A stretch of DNA of 64,000 nt from Gekko japonicus (Eukaryota): positions 62,211 to 126,210 of the forward strand of contig NW_015172034.1 of the NCBI RefSeq assembly GCF_001447785.1, in the 5' to 3' direction. The notes under the pieces were generated by a model. The model made no database searches, was not told the origin of the DNA, and saw nothing but the letters and a program-made list of their open reading frames with translations. Made by a program: the position numbers and the translations under genes. Shown here one piece after another: positions 1-12,100 of the stretch. Positions within the stretch are counted from its first letter, which is position 1. The number at the start of each line of letters is the position of its first letter.

Positions 1-602
1 ATTGGAAAAAATGCAGAAAAGGGCAACTAGAATGATAAAAGTGTTGGAACACTTTCCCTATTTAGAAAGGTTAAAGCGCCTGGGGCTCTTTAGCTTGGAG
101 AAACGACGGCTGAGGGGTGACATGATCAAGGTTTATAAGATTATGCATGGGATAGAGCAGGTCAAGAAAGAAGTACTTTTCTCCCCTTTCTCACAATACA
201 AGAACTTGTGGGCACTGCATGAAATTGCTGAGCGGTGGGGTTAGAACAGATAAAAGGAAGTACTTCTTCACCCAAAGAGTGATTAACACATGGAATTCAC
301 TGCCACAGGAGGTGGCGGCGGCTACAAGCATGGACAGCTTCAAGAAGGAACTGAATAAACATATGGAGCAGAGGTCCATCAGTGGCTATTAACCACAAGG
401 TATAGATAGGAACTCACAGGGTGGGACAGGTGATGCACTGTATTCTTGGTGCTGGGGGGGCAACAATGGGAGGGCTTCTAGTGTCCTGGCCCCACTGCTG
501 GACCTCCTGATGGCACCTGGTATTTTTGGCCACTGTGTGACAGAGTTTTGGATCAGATGGGCCATTGGCCTGATCCAACATTGGCTTCTCTTATGTTCTT
601 AA
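1..602 (+). mobile_element. CR1 LINE 3' end
   Basis: [28 protein letters not shown]2 C-terminus with a frameshift; tail CTTATGTTCTT. Confidence 0.92.
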
Positions 603-874
603 GTAAGCAGCTCAGGCAAATGGAATATTCCCAATTTAGTGCTGGGGGCAACTCAAAACCCAGCAGCTTGAAATCAGGAAGGGTAGGCTTATAACACAGA
701 AGCATGGCTGTCACCTCCTTGTAAAATCTCAAAATTAATCTGAGCATATAGTTTGTGCCACAAGACAATGTCAAGTGCCAGTTCTCGAAATCTGAGGAAC
801 AGTCATTATAACACCAGCTATTTAAAGCAGCCCAGCATGGAAAACGATTCAAGAATAATTCTCATTATACGACA

Positions 875-930
875 ATCACACCGTATTTTAAATATTTTTA
901 TTTTTTGTACAAACTATTTACATTTATTGG
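875..930 (-). terminator. AREL1: Probable AREL1 polyadenylation region (3' UTR about 2.1 kb)
   Basis: Two AATAAA on the minus strand (923-928, 897-902), UGUA elements between them and GU-rich sequence downstream. Confidence 0.6.
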
Positions 931-3026
931 AGACTTACAGAATCTCACTGAAATATAGTCTGGTGCTACCTAGCTGAAAACAGGCCCTGGCCTAACTAAA
1001 ATTAATAGGCATTGGTTACTAAAACATGCAAGATAGTTGTCAGAGGCAGGGCAAGACCAAAGCCCTGTGGTATCCATTGCAAGTCCAGCACAAAGAGACC
1101 TACTCCAGACAGTATCATGAGGTTACCCTCTACCCTGGAAACTGACACACTTACATTAGATGGAACAAACAAAGACCAATGAAAAAGGTATTTCTTCAAA
1201 ACTCATACAAACACACACACAATCAATGGCTACAGCACAGCCTGTACCATGTCCCCACACTGGAATCCGGGCAACATACATGGGTAGGAAAGAACGAGAA
1301 GCAAAATCAGATCCTCTGCACTGAAGTTATGAAGCCCTGGAGCAATGGGGACCTGCTAACAATGGGTATAAGTGAATCCATGCAGAAGCACATTATTAGC
1401 TAGGACTTAGCTGCATCCCCCACTGTTCTGACTGTGCTTGTGTGTAAAGAAAGTCCTTGGCATCTGTACAGCTGCAGAAAGGCAACAAGTGCCAAATACA
1501 TGTTATTATAGGAGAGTGGTTTCAAGCAGAGGATACCTGCTGAATTACCAGCCACTCAGTCCTTAGTATAAAAAAGGAGAGGATTCCTGAGGAAGATGTA
1601 GCAGAACCAACTTCAAGCCACGGCTGGAAAAAATCTTCAACAGGTTAGGGAACAAGACAAAAGACCAGATCAGTAACAAGCAGCTCTCCTTCCCAGCCAT
1701 TCACTGCAGCATCATCCCCTCTTGGTCCCCAGGGAGAGCAGTGGGTGGGTGTCATAAGTCATTTAGGAACCTCAACTGCACTCTTTTGATAGAAGTCACC
1801 TTTAATGCAATATGATGGCATAAAGATGTTCTTGTAACACAAGTAATTTGCTTTCAAGAAGAGCTACTGCTTGAAGAAAAATATCTGCCATGAAGGAAAA
1901 TACAGTGGTGGTCTCTAAACAAGCCCCCAAAGGGAAAAGACTCCCTGAGCTGTCCCCAGTACTCATGAGTACTAACAATTTTTTGGCAGAGTGATGGCTT
2001 GTACTTCTGTGCAGATGCAATATGCATTCACCTAAAGAAAAAAATGAAAGCCTGCGTTGTCCCCTTTTAAATTAATGTTATTTCACATTTTTAAAATATG
2101 CACACCTATCTTTTTTTTAAAAAGATGTAAATTTGTCATCTAAAAAAGCTGTAACCATAACCTATAGTAGAATGGTTGAACTGGAAAAACTGGCACCACT
2201 GTAAATTATTTTTAAAGTGTTTGCTTTTATGAGACACCAAATGGAGATTCCAGCCTTGGGGGGGAAATTCCTCAGTCCAGGCAGTCACAGTTGTTGGCTC
2301 CCCTCACCAAATAACCTGCCACCATCTCTGACCACAAGAAATGCACTTTAGGTGCCAACAGAGTATAGACTTCACAATCCACTCAGATTCTGTCTTAGCT
2401 GATGAAAACTGCCAACAAGGGTCCCTGAATTCCCACTCCTTTATTGCCAAGGAAATAGGAGTAGTGGAGAGGATGCAGTCAGAATTAGTCAGACACTGAT
2501 CAGTTATACATGGCTGCTCCCACTGTCTCCCAAATAGCCTGGAGAGTGGGTAGTGCAACATGTTGTCCTGTGGGCCCACCTCCTTAAGTGCCTGTTATTA
2601 TGGACAGCTCCAATTTAATCCCCATAAAAACAAATGGAATGCTTGGGACACAGAACACAGAAGAACTGGAAAGAAAAGTGGGCATAGGTACCAGTGCCTG
2701 TTACATACTCTGTGTGAAGTATGCTAATGAAATAAACTCTTGCTACCGTGTGGTAGAGGTAGACACCGCATCTCAACAGATGCACCCCACTTCAATTCAC
2801 ATACCAAACTGAACAGAGAGTGAAGGGGGGAAAGATGAGCTCCTAATAACATACTCCAGATGTGGGAAGGCCTCCATGTGACATTTGCAGATTGACATTC
2901 CTGTTTGCATGGTGCTGCTGCCCTGCCTCCACTACCCCTAAGATGGGGCATCAGAATGAGTAGTGAAGTGGGGCTGGGCTTTGCCCTGAAAAACAAGGAA
3001 GCTAGATGGGTTCCTCCCTGGGGGAA

Positions 3027-3129
3027 TCAGAGCATGCCGAAGCCCTCACAGCCCTCGCTGATGGCCAGCTGCAACATCTTGTGTACCTCTTCATAGGAAT
3101 CGTAAGTGGGGAGGCACAGCTGGTTAAAA
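3027..3129 (-). CDS. AREL1: AREL1 last coding exon (FNQLCLP...FGML*)
   Basis: tttcag|T TTT AAC; TGA at 3027-3029. Confidence 0.97.
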
Positions 3130-6100
3130 CTGAAAGAAAAAAACACGTACTAGTAAATAACGCTTGCACACTTCCAATCATTTCTAAAGAGAATCTACTG
3201 CACTGGTACACATGAGCAGATATATGGCCTTAAATGGATCTCAAAGTAGTATTAACTGCAATAGGAAGGGGGACTGCACACTGTCAATACGCAGCTAATT
3301 ACAGACAACCGAGAAATGCTTGCTCTCAGTGTCTGACCGCCCCAGCAAGTAACTCACCAAGTATGGGCAGTTGGCAGTGTACTGTGCGTCGGAGCTGCGA
3401 TGATCTGGAAAGAGGGGCAGAGTGCAGCAAATCCTCCAGGAGGCAGCTGAGAAGAGCCAGTAGTGAACTGCAACAGCCTGGCCAGTTCCTCCTGTGTGAA
3501 ACTGGAGACCACAGTCCAAAACCACCGCATAACCTAGAAGACACAATATGAAAATAAGGAAACAAAGGCAACTGCAGACCACAGGGAGAAGAAACCTGTT
3601 AAACTACTGCAAAATAAGCACTATAAAGAAGCCGCGACTTACCCAGTTATAAGGACAAGTCAGAAAACGTATCGCCCAGGCCAGAATTTACATTCCTGTA
3701 TTGTTTTTAAAATGGGTTTTATCTACTTAAAACATTTGTAGACATGTTTCCCCCCCAGAGCAGCTAAAGCAATAAAATACACAATAAAAACCGTGAATAA
3801 ACATTAAAATAATAATTACAGCTGATAATTCTTTTGGGTGTTGGGGAAGATACAATCCTGCACAATTATGGGAATCCCTTTCTTTAATAAAACCATAGGC
3901 GCATGCAGATGGCTTTACTCCTCATTTAGTACCTAGATTGACTTAAGGGAGTTTGTTTCCTTGTAAATTATTTAAACCTGGTCTAAGTAATATTTTTCAT
4001 TTACTTTCATTTCTTTACTTCATTATACCCTTTCTCTTCTATAGGGACCTAAAGCAGCTTAGATAGTTCTCTTCGCCTCCAATTTTATCCTCACAACAAC
4101 CCTGTAAAGTAGGTGAGTCTGAAGAGTATGTGACTGGCCCCAGGTCACCCAGCAAACTTCCATGGCAGAGTCGGTATTCAAACCTTGGTCTCCCAGATCC
4201 TAGTCAAGCACCAACCACTACAGCACAGTGCAACACATATCTATAAAGCAAATGTGCAAAGAGCATTCCAGAGACATTAAGGGACAAAAGACTGGATAAT
4301 AAACAAATGAAAATGTTGTGAGAGTGTCAGAAAAGATGCACTTAGTCTACAGGTTTATTATCCAATCTTTGCTTTTCCATTCATCCATCTTTTCTCCAGT
4401 ACTTGTTTTTTTAAATCCAGAAAGCTTCACCTCCTTGACGACAGACATTTGCTGCCTCAATCACAAGCAGAGAACAATCAATCCATTGTGGTTATGGCCT
4501 ACCCTACTTACCTTTTCTCGGAAGTGCCAGGAACCACCCACCACCACAGCATGTGCTTTGAAATCACAGACACTGATGTCTCCGGTACCACACATCAGCA
4601 ACTGAAGAAAACAAAGGTTAAGAAGAGTTAGGCTCCAGTTTCCCCCCCTCAAACCAATCATCCAAATATAGACTGGCAAGTACATCAGTTGCTAAAATAC
4701 TGAGTTAGGGCCATTAGTACTCTGCAGAAAGAGGAGTTCATTTAAGTTAAGAAGAATGAAAGGTACTGTTGTCAAAACTGAAAGGAAAAGAAAGGGAGAA
4801 GGAACAGTTATAGGAGCACAAAATAAAGGATGGAAATTCAGAGGACCATAAACTCTTAAAAACCACAAAGGTAATTTCAAAATAGCTGCTATTGTCCTGG
4901 TGGCTTAGCTGATAGCTGTACAAAGTCCCATTGCACAGACACTGCATAAGCCAACGGTAGCTACATTATATATTTGGCCAAACCACTGCATAACCGTTCA
5001 GCGTTATAGCCAAGAAACTCTTATTTATAAGGCCAAGACAGCAGAAAAACTTATAAATAACTGCTCACTTTAAAGCAATGTGAGGGACCTGGAAACTCAA
5101 ACAGACCTCCAGAACATACACAGTATGCAAGCTAATGGTTAAAAACAACAATAATTGGCTTGGACAAAAGGCAATCCAAAACATTATGGGTTGGATCCAA
5201 TGCTCATTTTCTACTGGAGGAAAGGCATTTCCATTGGGTGGGTGGGTGTGGATTTCTTCCAACTAAAGATCCTCACATCATACCAGCACCATTCCCAAGG
5301 GTCTCCAAATCCTGGTAACATTTCAATGGCAGCAGTGGGCTGCCAGGGGAAGAGCGAGTTCTATTCTGCAAGTGGAGCTCTGCTTGCAGCCCTTTGGATG
5401 GAACCCATTGTCTAAGGTACCTTCTCAACATTATAGGACTCACAAGCAAGAGGCATATAGGCTAAAATGCCCCTGGCTCCAGCTGCCGGCAAAGGACAGT
5501 TGTCTCTCGGTGCCAGTCTGTACCAAAGAAACACTGTGACTATGTGAAGCTGTCTGAGTCAGACCATTCGTACATCTGTGTCAGTATTGTGTCCTCTGAC
5601 TGGCAGCAGTTCTTCAGGGTGTGAGGCAGAGAAAAGTCTTCCCCAACACTTGCTACCTGAGATCCTTTTGCATGGAGATGCTGAACACTGAACTTGGGGC
5701 CTTCTGCATGTACTTGAACACCGAGACACAGCCCACATAAGGCAGTGCTGTTGGAGCTGAAACTTCACAGTTAATGGGGTTTAGGAAGGAACCTTGCAGC
5801 AGTGACAGCAATGGAATGGAAGATAATGTACTACTGGCTGATAGGTAGATCCTTCTGAGTCTACAATATTATGGGTGAAGAAGATTTATATGGACAGCCC
5901 TGTAAGCAACTATGATTAAAGTTGGGGTGGGGGCTGTAGCTCAGTGGCAGAGCATCTGCTTGCCATGCATATGTTCCAAGGCTCAATCCCTGGCATCTCC
6001 AGTTAAAAGGATCAAGTAAGAGGTAAAGACCTCTACTACTTCAGATCTTGGAGAGCCACTGCCAGTCTGAGTAGACCTTGATGGACCAATGGTCTGATTC

Positions 6101-9100
6101 AGTATTAAGGTGGCTTCATATGTATATTTAAAGTTGTGCATTTTATACAGATGTAGAGTATTCAAGGTTGGGAATTACTCACAGCTCCTAATGCAAACTC
6201 CTTCACATTTATCTGAGAGACAGAAAGAAAAAAATGGCAGTCTCAAAGTCAGCTCTACTCAATCTTACCTCAAGTTCATTTTCATCAAAAATAGCTAGAA
6301 GGTTTTCAGGAACCAGCTCATTGAGACCTGAAAGAGGACAGTAGAATGCATATTTATTTAGAAAATAAGGACTATATGCATCAGGAAAGGGCACCATATA
6401 GCACATTACCTTTCAAGAAGTGATCCACTTCCTCTCTAACCTGATTGGCTAATCTGTACTGTGCAAGCAGATTCAAGTAAAGAATTTTGTTTTCATTGGT
6501 TACTGGTACTTGAGCACCTCCAGTTACCAGCTCAACCACCTGAAACAAAGACAAACTATTAACTTCATAAATCCAAACAATAATAAATCCTAAATATATC
6601 TCTTCCCTCCTATTTAAGCATTGTTACTTGCTCACTTTGCCCAAACTGTACTCTCAACCAGTGCCTCTCACCTTCTCAAGTTGGCCCAATTTGCTGTATT
6701 TTTCCTCAGCGAAGACTAGCTCCATCTCACTCACATCATTGTTCAAGATAAAGCAAACTTTCGATTTATAAAACTCTGGGTCATCTGTCTCAAAATACTA
6801 AGAGTAAAAGGAGCATGGGAGGGAAGAGACAAAAGAAATTGAAACATTTGCCATGGAACCATGATTTGGTCACTGTTCCATACTCTAAAGCAATGCAAAT
6901 ATAAAAAATGATGTCACCTTATAATGCATCCGCAGTCCTATAATCTGGGCCAAGAAAGAGCGGGTGAAACGTGCTCTCACCAGTTGCTTGTAAGCCCCTC
7001 CCAAAGATGACTCATAGAGACACTTTCCAACCAAGCGCCCCGCAAATTCGTACACTTTCAGCCGCAAATGAGGAGGCCTATTAGGGTTGGGGTGCACCTA
7101 TAAACAACAGAGCCCATAGTTACGACTGTCATTTCTTGGTTAAATACAGCAACTGGGAAAGCACCCAGAGCTCTTCTGCTTGTACATTGTAGTCAAACGC
7201 CTTCTCATCTTTGCAACCTTGCTTGTGAGCTGAAACTCAAGTACAAAGATCTGTAAAAACTGGAGGGACCATTTTCTAGTCTGGCACTATGCAAAAGGAC
7301 ATGTAATCTAATCTCAGTGCAGTGCACAGAGGCACTATACGTATAAGCACATAAATGGAAACACATTATATAAGAGTTGGCATGAAAAGACTGCATGTGA
7401 ATTTCCTACAATTTGTAAAAACTGCTCACCACCCACTAGCATTTTTTACTATAAACTCACACCAATTTCTCCTGTAATTTAAAATTGTCTGCTGGTATGT
7501 GTAACCCAGTAGGTTCTCTGCCACTGCAAGAAGTTGGAGAACAGTATGAATGTTCAACCAGAAGTGTCTGAATGGAAGTCACAAGCAGACATACCCCTTC
7601 CTTTTTCACCAATGGATGAAAGACACTCACCAGTGCTTGGTTGTTGTCACTGAAGCGGGTGAAAAGTTGATTGATGGTGTCAAATAAAGCTTTGCAGATC
7701 AATTCAAACCACTCTCTGCGAGGGCCTCCCCAATCCAAGGCTACAAAACAGAACAGGTTCAAGACCAATTAGATCTTGTAGCAGCCCTGTGCCTTCCAGA
7801 AATCAGTTCGCAAGAAAAGAGATCCATCTATCTTCACAGAGTACGACTATAATGTATAGTGCTTATGAAACACGATCCTTTAATAACTGGTGGGAGAAAT
7901 CTAGCAATTCTTTTTTTATTTTGTACATTAGTGTTTATAATTGTAAGCCATTTTCTAAAATCATGCAATATACTGAGAAGATGCCTCATGAATTAAAACT
8001 ATAACAGGACTCAAAAAACTTGAAGAGCTTTTGGCTTTTCTACATATCTACTGTCTTCTCTTAAATCACCCATGTAATCTGCACCCAATATTTTGATCGA
8101 TAAAATGAGAATTATTTTATATTGGATTTGCAAGATATTATGGAAGCCGTCAAAATTGTTTATCATAAGTAGAACAATACAAAGCCAAACACTCCTCTTA
8201 TCCTCTCCTCATTTTTCCTAGGTGCACTGGCTCTTGCAGTGGACAAATGGACTCACCTTCTTCATCCTGGAAAATAACTTCAAAGTTCTTGCTCCAGTCC
8301 GAAACAGAAAAATTCCGTGTTGCTTTCAGAGACTAGGAATATGAAGGGAAACATGTTAATAGTGATGATGACTTCTATTTGCAAATCAAGAGGTTGATAT
8401 GAGAACTTATTAAAAATAAGAGTCCAATATTAATTCTACAGCCTTCAGCCAGGTAAACTCTCACTGAACTATAGAGAACATCACTATTTTGCAGTGGATT
8501 GATATTTCCCACTTCTCCTCCATGGATCCATTCTGCCACATAATTCACTGGATGATTTTGGGTCAATCACTCTCAGCATAATCTACTGCACAGGTTGTTA
8601 CAGGGATGAGCTTTTGAGCTCCTTGGAAGAAGTGCAGGATAAAAATGCTAAAACGGATCTGGCTTAAAATACTAGTTATTGTTATTTTATAAAACCTTCC
8701 CTGTATTCAGATACAATTCCCCTGTTATTCTCAGAACTATTTCTGCTTCCCAATTCATCAGCCAATTTTGCATTCAATTTCTTTATTTATGTGCAAGACA
8801 CATATAGAGCTTAACTATGCTTTAAAAAAATTCTAGTTTATCTCTGAATTCTGAGGCTATGATCACACACACTCAATAATCCACTTTCAATCCACTTTCA
8901 ATGTACTTTACAACTGGATTTTTACTGTGTGAACTGGCAAAATCCAGCTTGAAAGTGCACTGAAAGTAGATTGAAAGTCAATTATTTAGTGTGTGTGATC
9001 GCAGCCTAAAACTACTTTACAAACCCTTTTTAGCTCTTTGCAAACTTGAAAACTGCACTCTTCTGGTTTTCATCCAAATCTCACATATAAAAGCTGATTC

Positions 9101-12100
9101 AATACATTACGTGTATGGTTGTACAGGGTTTTGAGTTCATGCTCCTGTTCTGCTGGGTATGCACAACATAAGCAAAAATCCCAGTACAAATGCTGACAGA
9201 TTTAGAGAGGCACTAGGGGAGAAGCAGGAGAACCGTGTCAGTCCTTGCACGCCTGTCACTGCCACCATAAGAGTGCAAAGTGGGGCTAGGGGGAAGGGCA
9301 ATTATTACTGGTTTGGTAGAAGTTGGTTTGACACAACTGGGTTCTTGAAAGATTTATCATGCTCATTATTTAGCAGCCTACTTTCCTAAACGCTCAGAAA
9401 ATCAATTGTTTCATGATTCATTCTTCTAGTGATTCCAGCTAACCTTTCTAAAGCACTGATCCCACAAGACTAAAGCCCCGGTCACACGAGAGGTTTTGAG
9501 CCGGGAGAGGGCCGGATCGGGGCCGCAGCAAACGGGCGCGATCCCACCGCAGCATCTGGGAAGTGTTGCGCGCCCGTTCCCGATCCGGCCCTTCCGCCGA
9601 AAACCCCGCAGCAAAAATGAACCACCTACCGAGGTGGTTCATCCGGGAAGTCCGCATCAAGGCCGGCCATGGGATCGCCGGCGCGTCCATCCGCCGGCGC
9701 ATCCCTGGCTCCTGTCCGAACTGCGCATGCTCACACATGCGCAGTTCGGCAGCCTCCCCCTCCCGACCGTGTCTTCCTCCCCGGCATCTGATCGTGCCGG
9801 GAAGCAACGGCGCCACGGCTCAGGGCATCCGTGGGATCCCGTCGCGGCATCTCTATTTTGGTGCGGCTCTAATTAGCCGCACTTTGGCCGGTGTTTTCCC
9901 TGCCATGTGGCAGGGACCTAAGTTTACTTTAAATAAGATCTTGGAAGTGTCTAGAAATACCTAGGAATAGATTTCCAGTCCTAGTTAGACTCACAGGAAA
10001 AACAAACTATGAATTCTCTCTGGTAACTCTTAGCTCACACTTAGACATTCAAATGATTTTAAGCCTTTTTCTGACCACTAAGCAAAGCCTCCTCTCTGGT
10101 AACATTCACAATAACTATAACGTTTCACATCAAGTATTTCCATTTTTCTCAAATGAAGTTTAATTCCCTTGATCAGATCTGTCACCAGCAGAGCTAGAAC
10201 TAATTATTTTCTTAGTATGCGTAACAAAGCAGCTGGGATTCAATGGCAAAATGCCTTTTGAAAAGAAGAACAGTTTTTACACTGAGTCACAAGCAATAAA
10301 TAACATATCTATTTGGACCTACATGAAGCTACTAACTCAACACTGTAGCATCATTACTTGAGCCAGAGTTCATTGTTCTTGCATATCACACATAGCTGTT
10401 AAAGGTGACAAGAACTGTATGGACACACAACAGTCAATTCCCCTAGGACTATGCAATTGTCAAGATACAATACGAATAACCCTAACTCTAGGTGGCCCTG
10501 AGGAGTAGATCCCCTGCCCCTCCTCAACTACTGCTGGAAGTACAATCTGGACATAAAATTATGTACAAGAATTTGGGAATATATAAGACTAAAATTTTAC
10601 TTATTTATTTATTTCACCTTGTATTCTGCCTTCCCTGTGAGCGGGCTCAGAGTGGATCACAACAACAAATCCATAATAGGAGTTAAAACATTTCACAATA
10701 AATAGTTAAAACACTTAAAATCAAAAACTATAAGCTAAGGACAGATAGCACTGCAATTCAGTACAATAATCTCGAAAACTGGAGCTGCTAGGCCATAAAC
10801 CAGAGGGTCTTCACCTGATGGGCCATATAAGAACATAAGAACATAAGAGATGCCAATGTTGGATCCGGCCAAAGGCCCATCCAGTCCAACACTCTGTATC
10901 ACACAGTGGCCAGAAATACCAGTGCCATCAGGAGGTCCACCAGTGGGGCCAGGACATTAGACGCCCTCCCACTGTTGACCCCCCCAAGCACCAAGATGAC
11001 AGAGCATCACTTGCCCCAGAGTCCCTATCTATACCTTGTGGCTAATAGCCACTGATGGACCTCTGCTCCATATGCTTATCTAATTCCCTTTTGAAGCCGT
11101 CCATGCTTGTAGCCGCCACCACTTCCTGTGGCAGTGAATTCCAAGTGTTAATCACTCTTTGGGTGAAGAAGTACTTCCTCTTATCCGTTCTAACCCGACC
11201 GCTCAGCAATTTCATGGAGTGCCCACGAGTTCTTGTATTGTGAGAAAGGGAGAAAAGTACCTCTTTCTCTACCTGCTCTTTCCCATGCATAATCGTATAA
11301 ACCTCAATCATGTCACCCCTCAGTCGTCGTTTCTCCAAGCTAAAGAGCCCTAAGCGCCTTAACCTTTCCTCATAGGGAAAGTGTTCCAAACCCAGTCTAC
11401 AAAGGTATAAAGATGGAAGCTTCAGCAAGGGAGGCCAGTAGATGGAATAATTGGATGCCCACTGCCTCACCCAAAGGCCTGGCGGAACAGCTCTGTTTTA
11501 CAAGCCCTGTGGAACTGTAATAGGTCCTGCAGGGCCCTGAACTCCAGCGGGAGCGTGTTCAACCAGGCTGGGGGCAGGGCAGAAAAAGCCTGGAATAATC
11601 AGGCCTGGAGGTGACCATTGCATGAGTCGCTGTAGCCAAGTCCTGGGGGGAGAGATAGGGAACCAGTTGCCTGATCTGCCAAAGATGATAGAACGCAGAC
11701 CTGGCAACTGTGGTGACCTGGGCCTCCATTGAAAGTGAGGCATTCAGGATCACCCCTAAGCTCCACACCTTCTGAGCTGGCACTAATGGTGTGCCATCAA
11801 AGGCAGGGTGTCCAGCAAATCCAGCACCCCATTTACTACTGTATTATCCAGATAGCAGAATAACTGGCAACAGTCCTTCATCACAGGCCGCAGCAACAGG
11901 CATTCAGTGGCAGAGTCTCTCAACTGAACTGATTCCGGTGGGTAGCTGTGCTGGTCTGAAGCAACAGAACAAGGTTTGAGTCCAGTGGCACCTTTAAGAC
12001 CAATAAAGTTTAATTCTGGGTATAAACTAACCTCCATGAATGTATTTAATTTCCTGTTAAAGCCAGCTAAGCTAGTGACCACTACTATACCTTGTATCCT

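Noticed and set aside
5929-6002. tRNA gene
   Set aside because: Degenerate B box and cloverleaf; followed by SINE body
9426-9964. Cluster of overlapping ORFs as a hidden gene or host CpG-island promoter
   Set aside because: Bounded by TIRs and a TAA TSD; ORFs explained by high GC content
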